A stretch of DNA of 63,333 bases, counting the filler, from Squatina squatina (Eukaryota), in NCBI GenBank assembly GCA_031763465.1. It is 4 parts of 4 records of this genome, joined end to end, with 100 filler letters (N's around TTAATTAATTAA, not from the genome) between each part and the next. Parts side by side here need not be neighbours in the genome. Positions count along the whole stretch, not along the records: positions 46,501 to 63,333 come from JARFOE010000176.1; 3 more parts are not named here. One strand, given 5' to 3'. Shown piece after piece: positions 47,869 to 60,245 of this stretch. A program made the position numbers and the translations under genes. Below the pieces are notes generated by a model. The model saw nothing but the letters and a program-made list of their open reading frames with translations, was not told where the DNA came from and searched no databases. Position 1 is the first letter of the stretch; each line of letters begins with the position of its first letter.

Positions 47869-48712
47869 GTCTGCGGCTGAACCAGATTGTTTACAACCTT
47901 GGTGTCATATTTGACCCCGAGATGAGCTTCCGACTACATATCTGCGTCATTACTAAGACCGCCTATTTCCACCTCCGTAACATAACCCAACTCCGCCCCT
48001 GCCTCAGCTCATCTGAAACCCTCACCAAGGCTCTCCTGGCCGGCCTCCCCTCTTCCACGCTCCATAAACTTGAACTCATCCAAAACTCTGCTGCCTGTAT
48101 CCTAACTCGCACCAACCCCCGTTCACCTTCCACCCTTGTGTTCACTGACCTATACTGGCTCCCAGTCTGGTAACACACATTTTTAACATTTCTCATCTTT
48201 GTTTTCAAATCCCTCCATGGCCTCACCCCTCCATATCTCTGGAACCTCCTCCTCCAGCCCTACAACCCTTCGAGATCTCTGCGCTCCACCAATTCTGGCC
48301 TCTTGCACATCCCTGATTTTAATCACTCCACTATTGGTAACTGTGCCTTCAGCTGCCTTGGGGTCAAATACGACACCAAGGTTGTGAACAATCTGGTTCA
48401 GCCTCAGACAGTAATATTTAAAAGAAATGTAACTATCCTTGTAGCAATTGTTCATTCAAATATATTCTCTTAATAAACTATTGAATTCCAATCAACAACA
48501 GGCCTTAAACTCTGGAATTCCCTCCCTAAACCTCTCCGTCTCTCTACTTCTTTCTCCTCCTTTAAGACGCTCCTTAAAACCTACCTTTTTGACCAAGCTT
48601 TTGGTCATCTCTCCTAATGTGGCTCGGTGTCAAATTTCATTTGATAACATTCCTGTCAAGCGCCTTTGGACATTTTATGGTAAAAGACGCTATATAAAAG
48701 CGAGTTGTTTAA
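47869..48712 (+). mobile_element. L2-like LINE 3' portion (with an internal interruption near 48360-48500)
   Basis: NLGVIFDPEMSF..HI..ITKTAYFHLRNI.QLRPCLS...LELIQNSAA.ILTRT...L.WLPV, and tail ggtaaaagacgctatataaa. Confidence 0.85.
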
Positions 48713-49629
48713 AAATTGCCAGGATTACCATTTTGATATATAATAACATGTATTTTTGTACAAATAATATGAAAGGCACCTTACCTTACACGAAGATTAC
48801 AAACAACTTTCAAAACGTAAAACATAGAGATAGTGCAAACAAATCGATGTCTGGGGACACGTGTTTCCTACATCTGTCATGATCCCTCAATAATAATTAG
48901 AAGCTCAAAGCCACAAATAAAAGCCAAAGAATTTGAAAGGAATTCAATTAATTTTATGAACAGCTTCATTTCAGGGCAGATATACTGGTATCTCAAAATT
49001 TCTCCGATTAAGAAACAAGGTTAGCTTTGTATTAGGATTGATTATATTTAGTTGTGGGCACATTACCTTTCGGGGGCGGAGGGAGAGAAGAAGCTGGTTT
49101 TCCCAGGGATCTAGGAGTCAGGGATTGGTGCTCCGCCCTTCCTCTCCATACACGACCCTCGCTGTAAACAAGTTGGATCTGGGCGCTGTTTCCAATCTTT
49201 CGAGCCAGCAGCAATCTCCCAAAAAAAAATGCAAATCTGGAAAAAATTAATTTAAAAAAAATTCCAACCCATTGAAATCCTANNNNNNNNNNNNNNNNNN
49301 NNNNNNNNNNNNNNNNNNNNNNNNNNNNNNNNNNNNNNNNNNNNNNNNNNNNNNNNNNNNNNNNNNNNNNNNNNNNNNNNNNNNNNNNNNNNNNNNNNNN
49401 NNNNNNNNNNNNNNNNNNNNNNNNNNNNNNNNNNNNNNNNNNNNNNNNNNNNNNNNNNNNNNNNNNNNCTATTATAACACTAGGAATTTGCATCAAGTAT
49501 AATTTGCTGCATTTTAATTTGTACATACGTGTATATCCATTAAACAAAAAACTGGTGCACTTCTCCCCGAAACCATCCACAGACAATTGAGGACAGTTCG
49601 AGCCTTGCCCAGGAACAAGACTCTGATAC

Positions 49630-49900
49630 AATGAGCCCCCGGAGACCCCCACCCCGGAGCCGCGCTCGCCCTCAGTGCCAGTGCCCAGACAGGCTCCGGC
49701 TGCTCCCCGCAGGGCTCGCTCCGCTGCCGCTCGCTCTTTCTCTTCTTTTTCCCCCTGTCTCTTCCTTCTTCTCTCTTTGTTTACATGCATATTATTTTAT
49801 GACGCAGCAAACACACTCTGCCAATGTGACTGCCGCCATTTTTGTGTTTTTATTAAATCTCTCAGCCATGTGATATATAAAAAAACTTCCGGGTCCCACT
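49630..49900 (-). promoter_or_regulatory. JAK1: CpG-rich probable JAK1 promoter / non-coding exon 1
   Basis: CpG-rich. CRE/ATF-like TGACGCA (49800-49806), YY1 GCCGCCATTTT (49832-49842, reading AAAATGGCGGC on the minus strand) and ETS ACTTCCGG (49885-49892). Sits between the JAK1 exon and AK4. Confidence 0.55.
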
Positions 49901-50839
49901 CCAACTCCCCAGAGTGCAAAAAAAAATCATAATGCAACACGTTTAAAGTCAGCCTGCTTTCAATTTTGTTGTTGTTGTTGCTTGGGACAAATAACGTGTT
50001 TTGTGACTTATTTTGCTGCCAATTGGCAAACATTGCTGCCAAGTGCCTAAAAGGGTAGGTTTTTGCCTTTGCCCAAAAATATTTTTTCCCCACGGGAGGG
50101 GGCAGAGCAGCGATGATGTGTGCATGTGATGGGTTGTTTCATTGCAATTCTTTGCAAAGGACCGGGATTGGACCCTTCTGTACTACCTTAGGGGGGCCTA
50201 GCCTATCTGTGACATCCCATTGTATTGTAAGTAATTATGCTTTCCTCTTAAAGACGATTTGTGGCTTCCCCACTGGATGGATGGCAATGATGCACATCTC
50301 CTGGTCCGGTGCTGAGTCATACAAACCCAGACTAGAAAGCAAAGCAGTCACATATCAGTAGGTTAATTATTCCTGGACAGAAAAGTGCAAGTCACTGAAT
50401 TTAAATATAATGCATTATGAGTGGTATTTTTGCATTTTGAGACACGGATGCCTTTTCAACTATGGCAGTGGTCGCACTGGGAGAATATACTTGTGTCAGT
50501 GACTTCCGATAGGAAAAGTGAAACATTAAAATGAGGATCGGATTGGACCAAGCCTAACTAATGCCCTACCCAGTCATATAGCCTGCCACTTGGGCAAGGT
50601 ACTGGAGGATAGCTAGTGCCTTAAAACTGTACATTGGAACGATTAAACAATTTCAGACAAGAGGGCAATACTAATGGAGAGGAAAGATTCACAAAAAGCC
50701 TTAATTATTTTGGATTTAATAAAAATATATTACTAGAGACACAAACAAATTAAAGCCGAGAGCAAGTAAAATAATTATAGCGTGATGTAAGAAAATAGGA
50801 TTTTCAAAGTAATTTAGGAAATTTGATTTTCCTTCCCTT

Positions 50840-51290
50840 TTTCTGCCATTTTTCTCCCTTACTCTGAAGGCATTAATTGCTTGTTGTAGTATGGTTCCAC
50901 AAGCACTGGTCAGCCTCTAGAACCTTCTCTAAATGGCCGTTCTTCATGTGTGTCCCCAGACAGTATCAGTAGGGGACATAACATTCAAGCCCGATACACA
51001 ACACATGTACCATTGGTTAGTGGATAGCAATCAGGAACAGGAACCTTGGCCTCGGATTAGTGTCTCTTCCAAAAGACGTCACTTCTGACAATACAGCATT
51101 CCCTCAGTACTACACTGATGTGTCATCCTTAATTGTGTGCTTAGATCCGAAACCCATAACCTTCCAGCTCAGAAATTAGAGTGCCAACACTGAACCAAGC
51201 TGACAATTAGGGATTGAGGTAAACACTCTATAGCTCCCAGATAGCCGAGCACACTGCTTAGCATGGTATTGAGCTAAGTAGGCAATGTTC
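50840..51290 (-). mobile_element. Family X SINE interrupted by a Deu-domain SINE (about 51050-51204)
   Basis: Antisense similarity to 7185-7535 stops at gaaccttggc, switches to Deu-SINE sequence, then appears to resume. Confidence 0.5.
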
Positions 51291-51879
51291 GACATGCACA
51301 ATACGGGTGTGGACTAACAACTTTTCTGCTTTTCACCAGTTCCCCATCCCGAGACTGTGAGATGCCCTTCACGGGTTTTGGTGCAAGCGGGAAACTGCCT
51401 CTTCAAATTTGAAAGCATTTTTAATACAAATGGAGATAGGGAGGGGAGGAGAAGGTAAAAGGTCAGGGCACTGGATGGGAGAGCAACAGGGTAAGGGAGA
51501 AACAGAAGGAGAAAGCAAGAGGGAAATATAAGAGGAAAAGGGGCATGGGAATGTGAGGAGAACAAGAGTAGCAGAAGNNNNNNNNNNNNNNNNNNNNNNN
51601 NNNNNNNNNNNNNNNNNNNNNNNNNNNNNNNNNNNNNNNNNNNNNNNNNNNNNNNNNNNNNNNNNNNNNNNNNNNNNTTCTTTCATATCATAGCTTATTC
51701 AAGATGTGAAATACATTGCCTCTCTGGTACCTATCAACTGTAAAAATGGAATTAAACACACAGTCACCCACACAAGGGATTAATTTTAAACGCAATAAAT
51801 TCAGACTTACTGGTTGCCTCAGGTCCATATCCCCTTGGAATGGAACAAGCTTTTTAATAATCACATCTGACCCAGAGGC

Positions 51880-52261
51880 AATCTGCGGGGTGTGTTGCAT
51901 GCCGAATGAGGGCGTGCGCTGTTTTGGTGCTCTGATCAACCAGCCATTACTTCGGTATTTGTAGTGTGTGTGTCAATTTCATTTCTGTGCAATTGACATC
52001 GTGCAAACTACAACGTCCAGAGTGCTTTTGGGGCGGCGTGAGCCCGCATACTTTTACTGTGAGGTGACAGAAATGGTCATTTTTACAACTGGCCGAAATC
52101 AGGCGTGTCTTTAACGTCGTTTTCACCAATAATACAAATTTTCTACGCAGGGAACAGTACAGGCTTTCGGTGGGAGAGTCTGTCTCATAGACGCGGATAG
52201 AATTTGTCCATTCCCGTTTTACGCCATATTGCAGCAAAACAACGATGACTTTATAGAGAAG
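51880..52261 (+). promoter_or_regulatory. AK4: Probable AK4 promoter and non-coding exon 1
   Basis: CpG-enriched with a GC box (ggggcgg at about 52030). Perfect donor AAG|GTAAGT at 52261 and acceptor ctttag| at 52617 upstream of the ATG. Confidence 0.6.
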
Positions 52262-52681
52262 GTAAGTTTGGTTTTAAAAAAAAATCAAAATGTTTCAAAT
52301 ATTTTACCGTTTGTATCCCAGTTTGTGAAAGTCGTTGGTAAATTGTATTAAAAAGTCTGCATGTTTACACGAAGGATGTTATTTGTAGTGTGCAGCAGAA
52401 TTCAATTTAAATAGTTTTACTGCAATTTTTTGTTTTTTAAAAAAACTTTGATGTGCAATGTCACTGTTCACTCGGTCAGTCTGGAAGTATTTTAATTGTA
52501 AGATTAGCAAATTGTTATATGGTTCAGAAACAAAGTGTGATACATTTTTATAAATAGAAGTATATTTGCTGGAACTGTGTCTGGATTGTGAAATGTGATG
52601 TTTTTCGCCCCCTTTAGGACCCCCAAATTTTTTCTCAACCTGAATCACTTTGCCGAATTTAATTTCAATTAGCCCGTCTGA

Positions 52682-52921
<240 letters not shown>

Positions 52922-53081
52922 TAGAAGCGAGACCCTTTCCAGGCTGGGCTNNNNNNNNNNNNNNNNNNNNNNNNNNNNNNNNNNNNNNNNNNNNNNNNNN
53001 NNNNNNNNNNNNNNNNNNNNNNNNNNNNNNNNNNNNNNNNNNNNNNNNNNCTGGTTTTACTGGCAAACTATAGGCTGGTAA

Positions 53082-53291
<210 letters not shown>

Positions 53292-54299
53292 TGATCAAGC
53301 TTTTTGCTTGTAAACTCAGAAACCTGCTTTTAGCACCTAACATCTAAAGGAAAACATACTACATTCATTAAGACTATCACACCACACGTAATATTGGGAT
53401 GCACAAGATGAGGCTGCCCTGGCCTATAAATTAAGACCTACCTTAATCCAAAATGATCAAGATATCAACAAATATCAAAATACTCATAATATAAGGCTTT
53501 CTCTCTGCATTGAATGGTGGAGCTTGAGTTTACGCTAGTGGTCTCCAAATTGCGGTGTTTCTGATCTCTGTTGTGTCATTGAGAAAATCGGAGGCAGAGA
53601 CATCAATTTCTCCAAGGAAGGGGCCTGTATTAGCATCCAGGTTCAGAAGAGCTTTGATAGTAGCCTGGGAACACAACACTGCCTACCCTCTCACTTGTGG
53701 AGGTTGCCTGCTGTGGGAAAACTCAAGGAATAGATAACAAATAAGTTTAAAAAGATGGAGCATTACCCTTGCAGAAAAAATTCTTCCTTTATGTTCTAAA
53801 GCCTCAATTTAAGTTCTGTTGTAGTGATTGTGANNNNNNNNNNNNNNNNNNNNNNNNNNNNNNNNNNNNNNNNNNNNNNNNNNNNNNNNNNNNNNNNNNN
53901 NNNNNNNNNNNNNNNNNNNNNNNNNNNNNNNNNAATGATCACTTGCCATCATCCAAGCAACTGTACATAGCATGAGTCAGTGCCTTCAGGAGAAGTGAAC
54001 AAAATTGGAGGACATAAATTTAAAAAATGACAAAAATATATCACACTAAAACAATAATATGAATTCATTTTAATAGCACAATAAAAGAAGTGATAGCATA
54101 CAATTACTGAATTACATATGTAATGCGTCTTCTTGATAAATGATGCAAGTTGACTTTAATTGAATCAGTACAGCATTGTTGTTTTGATGTCGAGCAACTG
54201 CAGTTCCAGCAATGTTTTTCATACCATCTGTCTGGATCGTGCCTGTAGCTGTTTGCTTCCTGTGCTGCTGTATGGTCCTGCCTACCAGCACAGGACAAA

Positions 54300-54483
54300 A
54301 TCACGTAACATTGCTGTGCATCAGCAGCCTTGGATTATTGGATGCAATTTGAGTGACCTTTGACTGAGTGCGAATGACAAATCAAAGGACAGCACTTTAG
54401 AAATCCAGCTGGGCTTCCGGCACATTTCTGCAGCTGACACTGGGCATGTAGGAGAAGAGATTTCGCAACGACTGCAACTAAAG
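54300..54483 (+). other. DNAJC6: Probable DNAJC6 first (5' UTR) exon with two uORFs; 5' end approximate
   Basis: Donor AAG|GTAGGG at 54483. uORF MTNQRTAL* at 54374-54400 resembles the recalled mouse auxilin start MTNPKS. Start-stop ATGTAG at 54446-54451. DR1-like TGACCTTTGACT at 54354-54365. Confidence 0.55.
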
Positions 54484-55679
54484 GTAGGGAGAAAAACTAC
54501 TTTTTAGTTCATGACACCAAAGATAAGATGCCAAAAATATAAACCGTAAGATTTCAGAAGTATTTCTAAACAAATCAAGCATTTAAATATAATGTTCCAA
54601 AATACAAAAAAGACTAAAGCTTGCATTCTGGTATCAAGAAGAAGAGAATGCTATTTTTAAACTTCTGTACCAAATGATTAAACCGTACGAAAGCTTTTAA
54701 AATCCTTTACATCAGCACAGCATTGTGAAAGGTTTCATTTTTGAATGTTTTTATCCATAGCAGTCATTTTAAAAAATATATTTTTTTTTCAAACATAAAA
54801 CTGCACATTCCTTTCAAACAATCGAGTCAGTCAAATTCAATAAGATTCTGGATCTTTTTTTTAATGTGGTTGATTGATAATGTGAAGGCGGATTCACAAG
54901 TCAATTGGAGAGAATTGGTGTGCATTTCTTATAGTTTATGTACAAGTTAATAAATATCCACTTACTGCATACTGTTTGCAAGCTTTTAGGAGTCACAGTC
55001 TTACCATACAGAGGGATAGCAGGGAATAGTGTCTGTTAAACAAGAACCATATTTTGCTCCTGATCTGCATTTTCTCTTGTGCTGATATCAGTACAAACTC
55101 AGCGCTTTCTATGCTAGCAGTCATAATCCCTTTCCACTTGCTGTTTTTGTGCATCTTCTGCATCTGCCTGACAGGCTGATGAAGATTTAAATCTAGCTGC
55201 AGACAGCTGAAGCAGGCCTGAAACCTACCAGAGACAAATGTGGAACCAGGAGAATGCAAAATTAGAATGTAAGTGAATTTCAAAATGTATAATTACAAAA
55301 ACAAATATCCATAATGTTCTCGAAACAGACCAAGCATTGTAGATTACCATTATTATGCTAATTGTACAAACATCTTATAGATATGTTACTGAGAATCTAG
55401 ATTCTCAAAAATCTTCCTTTTGACTATTGGAGTATGACAGAAACAATCTTCTGGTGTAATTTTGAGCTGATGTAAAATTAGGAAAAATTATTCTGGAGCT
55501 GAAGACCTTACTGCCCTCTTTTTTTTCATCAATTACTTGTATATGGTCATTAAATTCGATGTTCTGCCCTGCTATTTATTTTAGAATATGCAAGGAAAGA
55601 TTCTGATCTCATTTTCTCAATTCTTTCATCAACACAATTGCAGAGAATGTTCAGCTTCTGCTGTGAAGGGATTTAAAAT

Positions 55680-56514
55680 GATTGGGATTACACTGATGCG
55701 GATTACACTGAGGGAATTACACTGATGGGGATCACACTGATGGGGATCACACTGATGGGGATCACACTGATGGGGATTAAGCTGATGGGGAGTACACTGA
55801 TGCGGAGTACACTGAGCTTGACTTTGATGGGAATTAAACTGATGCATATTACACTGAGGGGATTACATACATGGAGGCACTGGTGGAAATTACACTGATG
55901 GGGATTACACTGAGGGGGACACTGATGGGAATTACACTGATGGGGATTGCACTGATGGGAGACACTGATGGGAATTACAGTGAGTGGGATTACACTGAGG
56001 GGAGGCACTGGTGGAAATTACACTGATAGGGATTGCACTGGTGGAAATTACACTGATGGGGATTGCACTGATGGGAGACACTGATGGGAATTACACTGAG
56101 GGGGACTACACTGAGGTGAGGCACTGGTGGAAATTACACTGATGGGAATTACACTGATGGGGATTGCACTGATAGGAGACACTGATGGGAATTACACTGA
56201 GGGGGATTACACTGAGGGGAGGCACTGGTGGAAATTACACTGATGGGGTTTACACTGAGGGGGATTATACTGATGGGATTTAAACTGATGGGGATTAAAC
56301 AGATGAGAATTACACTGATGGGGATTCTACTGATAGGAGACACTGTTGGGGATTACACTGATGTGGATTACACTGATGCGGATTAAATTTATGGGAATTA
56401 CACCTATGGGAATGACACCTATGGGGATGACACCTATGGGGATTACACTGATAGGAGACACTGTTGGGGATTACACAGCTGGGGATTAAACTAAGGGGAT
56501 TACGCTGCTGGGGA
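55680..56514. repeat. 15-bp minisatellite (GGGGATTACACTGAT)n, about 55 diverged units, runs into gap
   Basis: Periodicity is directly visible; antisense spurious translation is (PHQCN)n. Confidence 0.97.
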
Positions 56515-57286
56515 NNNNNNNNNNNNNNNNNNNNNNNNNNNNNNNNNNNNNNNNNNNNNNNNNNNNNNNNNNNNNNNNNNNNNNNNNNNNNNNNNNNNNN
56601 NNNNNNNNNNNNNNTGTTCTCAAGTTGGTTCCTCAATGTACTGGTCTAAGAAACCATCTCGTACACACTCCAGGAATTCATCCGCCACAGTATTGTTACT
56701 AATTTTCGGTTAAATTGTCGCATAAATAGGGTAATGCTTTATACCTTCGGAGTGGTGGCCCAGCTGCAGCTGAAGAGCATATATCTTAAATTATTCATTG
56801 CAATACTTTATAATTAAGAATAAATGCTATTGTTTATGGCTTTGATAAGTGTGGAGGCATTTAAAGAATAGATAGAAACTAAGTCTTTTGAGGCTGTTAT
56901 TCCTGATCGATAAGATTCCCTAAAATTACTCTACTTAAAAAAAAAAGTACTCTTTATTTTTTTCTCCGGGATTCTATTTATTTTTCCTTCTATTTCCTCT
57001 GCCATTCATCACAGAACATTAAACTCTCACAGGCCAGTGTTTTTCTTCACATCAGCCGCCTAGACTAATCCCATTCTCCTGCTTGTTCCCCACTTTGCCA
57101 AACAACTCTTGGAATTTGTGGATTTAGCTTCAACACCAGTTTGTGCAAGAAATTCCAAATTCTAACTCTCTTCTACATAAATAATTTTATTTTACTCCTT
57201 GTCATAGCATGGAATTTACCTGTATCGCCAGAACTGGATTTTTAACTTGCAATATTATTGTAATGATCCATTTGCTGCTTTACTAG

Positions 57287-57425
57287 GTACCTCCTCTCCA
57301 GATATGGAACCCACCTTTGGGGGAGGGCTGCTGGATATAGTAAAAGGAGGAGCTGGACGACTCTTCAGCAACTTAAAGGACAACCTGAAAGACACCTCCT
57401 CAAAGGTGATGCAGTCTGTAGCCAG
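57287..57425 (+). CDS. DNAJC6: Auxilin (DNAJC6) exon 2
   Basis: ctag|GT ACC: TSSPDMEPTFGGGLLDIVKGGAGRLFSNLKDNLKDTSSKVMQSVA|gtaagc, 139 nt. ATG at 57304 is in strong Kozak context (GATATGG). Confidence 0.94.
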
Positions 57426-58921
57426 GTAAGCTGTGTGCTGGGGTGGGGGGGAGGCGGTGGAACCTGCAGTAGAAATGCATGCAACCTCTTTCGTAGCATA
57501 GGCTACACCACAATTCATGGGGATGGGTTTTGTTAATCTATGTCTGATAAATTACCAAATGAGTTGAAGTATTGATGACCTGTATGATTGTAGCCTTATG
57601 TAAACTATAAATGTCAGTAAGTCTGAAAACACATGATTGGATATTGATCATCAGTTATGTCCATTTGTTAAACAACTTTGTGAGTCACAGAACAGTTACA
57701 AACTGTGTATATGTGTGTAAAATCATTTATATTTGTTGTGCATGTGACCCACTTGCCTGTAAGGTGTGAGGGAAGTTTCCAACCTCTTCGCAGGGTGTGG
57801 GGACAGTGCCTGAAATGTCTGTATGGTGCAGTGCAGAGAAAGTGTTCAACATACCTGTGGNNNNNNNNNNNNNNNNNNNNNNNNNNNNNNNNNNNNNNNN
57901 NNNNNNNNNNNNNNNNNNNNNNNNNNNNNNNNNNNNNNNNNNNNNNNNNNNNNNNNNNNNCGCTCTCAATCACAATCTACCGTCTCCTGGTAGAAAATAC
58001 ATGTGTGTAGACATCAGCTGAGTTTTGCTGTCATGTCCTCGATGATGGAATAGCTGGTTGACAGTTGTGACTTGGCTCACACGCAAAGGACAGGTACTTC
58101 AAGGTATAAGGGAGCGGCAGCTGTCCATGGAACAGCACACCATGAAGAGCTGGTACCTGTCGAGAGGAGAAAATAAGGAAGTGGGGGGAGGAGTATAAAC
58201 TTAAGTATTTGTTATTTATGCTCAAGAATTCAGATCACCAGTAACATTTGTCATTAATTTACATTTCAATTTTTTAAAATGTTATTTCAACAGCAAGATT
58301 GTTTTTCTATTTGTGGTAGTTACACAGTTTCAGTTGAATATTCCCTGACTACTTGTTGTTTACAGGGTAACTAAATACTGTAATATTCCTTATGTGGCAA
58401 GATTCTGTATTGCGTTCTCAAAGCTGTGCATTCACAAACATTTGTGATTACTGGGCCTCTCCTGATGGTTGGACATGGTTCATATTGGCCAGATGTGTGA
58501 AAATCTGAACAGGGATGGCTGAACATTCAGTCTGGCATCACCAGAAATAAATGGTGGGATGTGTTAACCATTTCCATTTGTCACAAGTGGCACTGTTGCC
58601 TCTTGAGGTTATTCTCTAGCCCTCTGGCCCCAGCATTATTTATATTCTGTTGTACTGCTGTCAATTAGGGCACGCTTTAAAGTGCGCAAAGTTGTCATTA
58701 TTGGCTCTATATTGTGTACACTAGATGGAATAGGTACAATAAAGTAGCATGAAATAGCTGAGACACTGGGGGGCAGTGGAGGAGGGATCCCCCATCAAAA
58801 ACCAGTTTGAAACTTTGTTTTACCCCTCAGGATTTTTTTAAAAGCCTTTTTTAGTTTGAAAAGTTCATGAAATGTATTATAACCTGCTGATGGATTTGGA
58901 TTTTTTTTTAAACAATTCCAG

Positions 58922-59055
58922 GATGGCTGTCCTGCCTCCGCTATTTTAGTCTGTGGAATGTTCTGCTTCTGCCATCTCTTCTCTTGCCCAGTTCCGGCAA
59001 TCCAGTTGTTTAACACAAAAAAACCAGGGCCTGCACTTTGGCCTTCACACAGGAG
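58922..59055 (+). CDS. DNAJC6: DNAJC6 exon, PTEN-like phosphatase domain
   Basis: ccag|DGCPASAILVCGMFCFCHLFSCPVPAIQLFNTKKPGPALWPSHRR|gtaagc, 134 nt. Not in the ORF track. Confidence 0.9.
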
Positions 59056-59964
59056 GTAAGCAATTTCAGTGATTAACTTTTGGAAATAACTTTTCATTGA
59101 TATAAATCTTTGTGATTGTTTTGGTCCTGCCAGATGTTCTTTGCAACGTAATGATTACTTTGGTGTTGGGACCACAAGTGTGTTATCTGGTCAAGACATC
59201 CGGCTTGGGTTAAATAATTTAACATTGGATACCAGTCTGCTTAATTATCTTGGGGTGTTAGAGAAAAATCCCACAGCGCTTTATCTTCTTGGAAGTGCTG
59301 TATCCTTTGGGAAAGTAAATTGGCTATAGATCAAAAGGCAAATTCTACGTGGTCTTTGAAAGGAATGTACCTATCGAGACAAAGGGTCTTTTTTATGTCT
59401 TTTTTGCAAAATATTCTCTGATGTGGTCCTTGGAATCCAACAATTGCAGTGAGGTGCAGAGAGTAGTGACCATCTACTAAAATGGGAGTTGAGCCTGTTC
59501 GTAGGGTAAAAGAAAGTGCCAACCGTACTTATAGGTGCGAAGTATTCTCACTATTTCAATGGCCACTACTGGCCCCATCCCTGATTTTCTCCTGTCTCTG
59601 CTCACCACCTGCTCAGAGTACTTGTGGGGAGAGGTTAGTTTCTACACTATGTACGTTTTGAGGGTCATATCTAAATGGCTGCCTTAGATTGGGCATCAAA
59701 CGAAGATTAAGAAGNNNNNNNNNNNNNNNNNNNNNNNNNNNNNNNNNNNNNNNNNNNNNNNNNNNNNNNNNNNNNNNNNNNNNNNNNNNNNNNNNNNNNN
59801 NNNNNNNNNNNNNNTCGGTGTCGAACAACTCTTAAGTAGCTTTTAGATGAGGGCAGAATCTAGCTTGCCTGCGTTAGTCCCTCCATGGTTAAATAGCTTG
59901 CGAATACTCTTTTTCAAGGCCGTCACTTGGGCAAGGTATCAGAAGATGGGTAGACTTGTGAAGA

Positions 59965-60245
59965 TCTAAAAATGACTGACCTACTGGACCATCTAGTCTG
60001 TCCAACAGTTGTGATGCTTTGTTGGTTGTCCCCATTATGGCCTTCTCTGTCTATGTGGACATATGCTGCATCCCTAATGATTCCCTCGAGTATCTTCCCC
60101 ATTACTGATGCCAAACTGATGGGATTAGAGTTACCTGGTTCTGCCTTATACCGCTTTTTAAAAATAGGTAATTTACTGGCCACCTTCCACTCTGAACAGT
60201 TTCCGACTCCAGTATTAGTTTGCACCTTCAGGAAATGAGGGGTAA
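59965..60245 (-). mobile_element. CR1 RT fragment, antisense, intronic
   Basis: Antisense EWKVASKLPIFKK...PGNSNPISLASVMGKILEGIIRD. Confidence 0.85.

Noticed and set aside
55629-56636. (PHQCN)n Cys/His-rich metal-binding protein
   Set aside because: Antisense translation of a 15-bp minisatellite; the frame is repeatedly broken by shorter variant units.
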